DNA of 64,000 nt. It comes from Amoebidium appalachense. Its lineage: Eukaryota > Protista > Ichthyosporea. The notes under the pieces were generated by a model, which made no database searches, was not told where the DNA came from, and saw only the letters and a program-made list of their open reading frames with translations. Made by a program: the position numbers and the translations under genes. This document shows positions 31,914-64,000 of the stretch, one piece after another. The DNA lies in assembly GCA_963693365.1 (NCBI GenBank), contig CAVNZM010000012.1:4082409-4146408 (forward strand). Reading direction: 5' to 3'. Each line of letters opens with the position of its first letter. Positions within the stretch are counted from its first letter, which is position 1.

Positions 31914-32208
31914 CTTGACGCATGCCATCGGTCAGGCCATCCTGAAGCGCATATTATATTCGCTTGACTCTCGCATGCCATTGGTCATGCCATCCTGAAG
32001 CGCATATTATATTCGCTTGACGCATGCCATTGGTCATGCCATCCTGAAGCGCATATTATATTCGCTTGACGCTTGCTATTGCAGCCAGGCCATCCTGAAG
32101 CGCATATTATATTCGCTTGACGCTTGCTATGCACGTGCCATCCTGAAGCGCATATTATATTCGCTTGACGCATGCCATTGGTCATGCCATCCTGAAGCAC
32201 ATATTATT
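31914..32208. repeat. Array B: 6 copies of a ~49-bp unit (33-bp constant part plus 15-20-bp variable linker)
   Basis: Constant GCCATCCTGAAGCGCATATTATATTCGCTTGAC, five complete copies plus one partial. Confidence 0.92.
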
Positions 32209-32928
32209 TTATATATTTTTTAGGGCCATTGGCACACACCTGTACAGGCACTTGTGGCTGCCACACAGTTGCAAGTCTTTCATTCATGCGCACATGACCC
32301 ATGCACTGTGTACAAGCGCCGTTTGATATCTTGATTATTTCCCCCGTACCCTGACGGTTCCCTGCAGCCCGGAACTCACACGACGATATGTGATATCTCC
32401 CTCCCTTATATCAATCACATCCATCCAGGTGGGTGGGAGACAGGTCGAGGGAGTGGGACATGTGATAGATATCTCAGAGGGCTATCGATATCACGTATCT
32501 CCCTCGAGAGAGCAGTCTCGGCGCCGCGGGCGGCGGGCCGGCGGGTGGTAGGTATCACAGTGGTATCACGGCGGTAGCACTTTAGTGCAGACGTCCGTGC
32601 ACTTACTTAGGTTTTGGCCAATCAAAACGAGCCACCGTAGGATTGCGCCAATCAAAACGAATAGTCATTGAATGCGATTCAATGATTATTAAAAACATGC
32701 CCCTGAAAATGAATCCAAATTGAAACATAAAAGAAATCGATGCTCTAAAATTGAACGAAGCCACCATGAGGACGCTGCATTTTAGACGGCATTAGTGTTT
32801 TGGTTCACTCAATAACCGACACAGCGGAGCTTTCCAGCCCTTTTAAACCACTTGTCATGCACCGAAAACCAGTTGTTTTTGCCTGTATTTGCACCAAATT
32901 CGGACGAATATTCGAACGGTGAGTAGAT

Positions 32929-33037
32929 GCAGCTTCGTCGTCTGGGAGCTCAATTGCAAATGAGGGCGATATTTGTGCATCAACGTAAATTAAATATCGC
33001 CCTCATTTGCAATTGAGCTCCCAGACGACGAAGCTGC
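32929..33037. other. Perfect 46-bp inverted repeat with 17-nt loop
   Basis: 32929-32974 GCAGCTTCGTCGTCTGGGAGCTCAATTGCAAATGAGGGCGATATTT is the exact reverse complement of 32992-33037. Confidence 0.97.
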
Positions 33038-33253
33038 TGCTGCCGAAGCCCGCCCCGCCGGGCCCAACCTTCGGGTGGTACAACTGAACGGTAGGCACAC
33101 CCGATGTGACGTCGACGTACGTCCCGTCAAACGGAAATGCATGCGTGCATGTGCATAGCTCGGTTCGTCTGTGCAAATTTCTGCGCATGCAGCTGTGGCC
33201 ATGAAAAGCCGAGGAGAATCTGTAGCACGACCAAATGATGCATATGATCGGCA

Positions 33254-33291
33254 AGAGCTCCGTTTCACACTTAGAGCTCCGTTTCACACTT
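33254..33291. repeat. Tandem duplication, 2 x 19 bp
   Basis: AGAGCTCCGTTTCACACTT occurs twice. Confidence 0.9.
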
Positions 33292-33502
33292 GCAACCTTG
33301 TTCGTGTGGGGGTGTGTACTTGTGCCTGCGTGTACACATGTGAGGGCATGCACATGCCGACGCCCCAGCTTCCAGCGTGACTCTGCAACTATTTCCTCCG
33401 GGGCGTGCATGTGTGCCGTGATGTACGAGTTATTTGTGGTGGTGGTGGTTGGTCGTTATCACAGGGTTGGGTTGGTCTTTTTTTTTCTTCTTCTTTTTTT
33501 TT

Positions 33503-33547
<45 letters not shown>

Positions 33548-34740
33548 AGAGAGAGAGAGATAGGGAGAGAGAAAGGGGGGGGGGGGGGGGGGGGGGGAGG
33601 GGGAAGAAAGGAGGGGGCCGGGGGAGCTCGTGCTCGGGACATAAGCAAGGAATTGACCGTTGGGCACGAGTGATTTTTATTTCAATTCAACAGCCAGGGA
33701 CAACCCTGCAACTGCCTGCCCGTACGAGTACATGTCATCGAATCGTCTATGATGAAATCGTTCTCAGGTGTGTTTACAAACGTCATAGTGTCTGCGTGCA
33801 TGTTGGTGACTGTTATTGTGTGTGCGCGCGCGAGGCGTTAATGTTGCTTGCCACAGCTTCACGTAAACGTTCATGGTAAGTTGGTGTGGGCCAAGCCGCT
33901 GCGTGGGTGTAACTTATGCCCTTGCATACAAGCATATGTTTCTGCCTGCCGACATTCAAACACAAAACACATATTCCAGCAATCATTTGCCGATTAGAAC
34001 AAACGAGAGTAGTCGGCAGATCCACAATCGCGAGAAACCCAGCTCTCCAAACTCAAAACTAACAAAATTCTTCTCCAAAATGGTACATCAGTATGACTCA
34101 GGCACTCACAGTAGCCGATTACATGCCCAATTTTCACAAACCCCCCTTACAAACTGCGACAAAAATTGAACTAGCTGACCAAAAAACGTCCACGAAAGAG
34201 GGAAAAAAAAAAAAAAAAAAAAAGCCCATTAAGTTTAACGTTTGGCATGCGTATTCTCACATCACCAATTTGGTTGTTTCGTGCTGGATATACGATAGAA
34301 GAAGTTTGCTGAATATGATACACTAGACTAGAATATGCCCACCAAAAAAGATATGGAATGTAGCTAAGAAAGTGAGGAGTAGTTGGAGAGAAATTTACCC
34401 CCCCCCCCCCCCCCTCCCCCCCTAAACACACACACACACGAACCCCCCAAAAACATATGTACATGGATTTATCAAGGCTCAAACTCAACCAGGCAACACA
34501 CACGCCTTATTCGTCACACGCATGAATGTCCGAGCTAAGCAAGCAAAAAATCCCGTAAAGTAAACGTTCATTATAGTCGATAACTTGACTTTCTATAGCT
34601 AACAAAATAATCCAGTCAAAACCCAGACTCAAAAAATTCAAGGTGCACCTTAACACACAGGAATACACAAATGCAAGCTCTATTTACATGTCGATTCTAG
34701 AATCCACCCACACCCCGCAAAAAACGGCAGGAATTCTCTC

Positions 34741-63150
<28,410 letters not shown>

Positions 63151-63856
63151 TTTCAGAGCACTCGAAATGGCTTCATCACTAAGCTTCTCCTACTAACGTG
63201 CGTTTACGTTTTAGCCCTGCCGTTCTGGCCCCTTCTGTGATTAAGGGGAGGTGTGGACTGAGGCGATGTTTCCGCCTTGCCGTGCAGTCGGAACAGAAGT
63301 ATATTTTCCTCACTGTATGATTGACCGGTATTTCTACACCTCCTAAGCTAAACCTTCACTGTAAAAGGTAACACAACAAACAAGGAATCCCCTCCTTCAG
63401 TAGCGGCACCCCCACAAAAAAGCCTTTCGGACTGCTTTCCAGTTGATGTAGCTGGCCTGCAAGAGAGGATGATCACGGCCTTCAACTTACAATCAACTCC
63501 AAATTCAATCGAGACTCGTAGAGCGATCTGAAAATTTAAAAGTTGAAATGGCTGAGTTTGGCGACATTTCGGTGGTTATATTTAGCATTTTAGGCTATCT
63601 ATCGCCTTTTCTTGAAACGTTGCAGCTGCAAGCCTGCGGCCGTGGCCGGTGCGTCAAGGCTTGCCCGGCTCTGTTTTCAGATTCTTGACAGTGTTTACTG
63701 GATCCAATGCCTACAGAAAACATAAGCAATAAGTCGACCATTCAGATAAACATAGGGCGTGCAAGTCTTAGGTGCCTTCTGTAGGGAATAGGTCTGGTGG
63801 TGTTAGCCACGGTTGGTGATCACATCATTCGAAATGGAATGATCGTGGGTGGGTGT

Positions 63857-63899
<43 letters not shown>

Positions 63900-64000
63900 A
63901 GCCTAGGGTTCAGGGCTACCGTAGAATGCACTGGGAAGTAAGTGAACTTCCTTATCATTATGTATTTGTTTATTAAAGATAGCAATTTTAATTTTTATGT

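Noticed and set aside
31914-32208. CRISPR-like repeat/spacer appearance of array B (and array A)
   Set aside because: The linkers are short (15-20 nt) and related or identical to one another, there are no cas genes, and the context is eukaryotic.

Overview
This is eukaryotic, very intron-rich genomic DNA saturated with G/C homopolymers and (CA)n/(GA)n microsatellites, so almost all listed ORFs are artefacts. Manual GT-AG splicing gives four genes. (1) A RAVER-like 3xRRM RNA-binding protein (-, at least 14 exons, runs off the left edge). (2) Head-to-head with it, RPF1, a Brix-domain ribosome biogenesis factor (+, 9 exons, 325 aa). (3) An orphan acidic E/G-rich protein (+, 5 exons, about 556 aa). 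(4) Phosphorylase kinase regulatory subunit alpha (-, 40 exons, about 1284 aa, CaaX end). The gene content suggests a unicellular relative of animals, which is inference only. The most unusual non-coding signals are: a 4-copy intronic repeat always in the host-sense orientation with G-U-consistent stems; a 2.3 kb intergenic island with two inverted arrays of palindromic repeats and a perfect 46-bp hairpin; and minisatellites anchored on splice sites.
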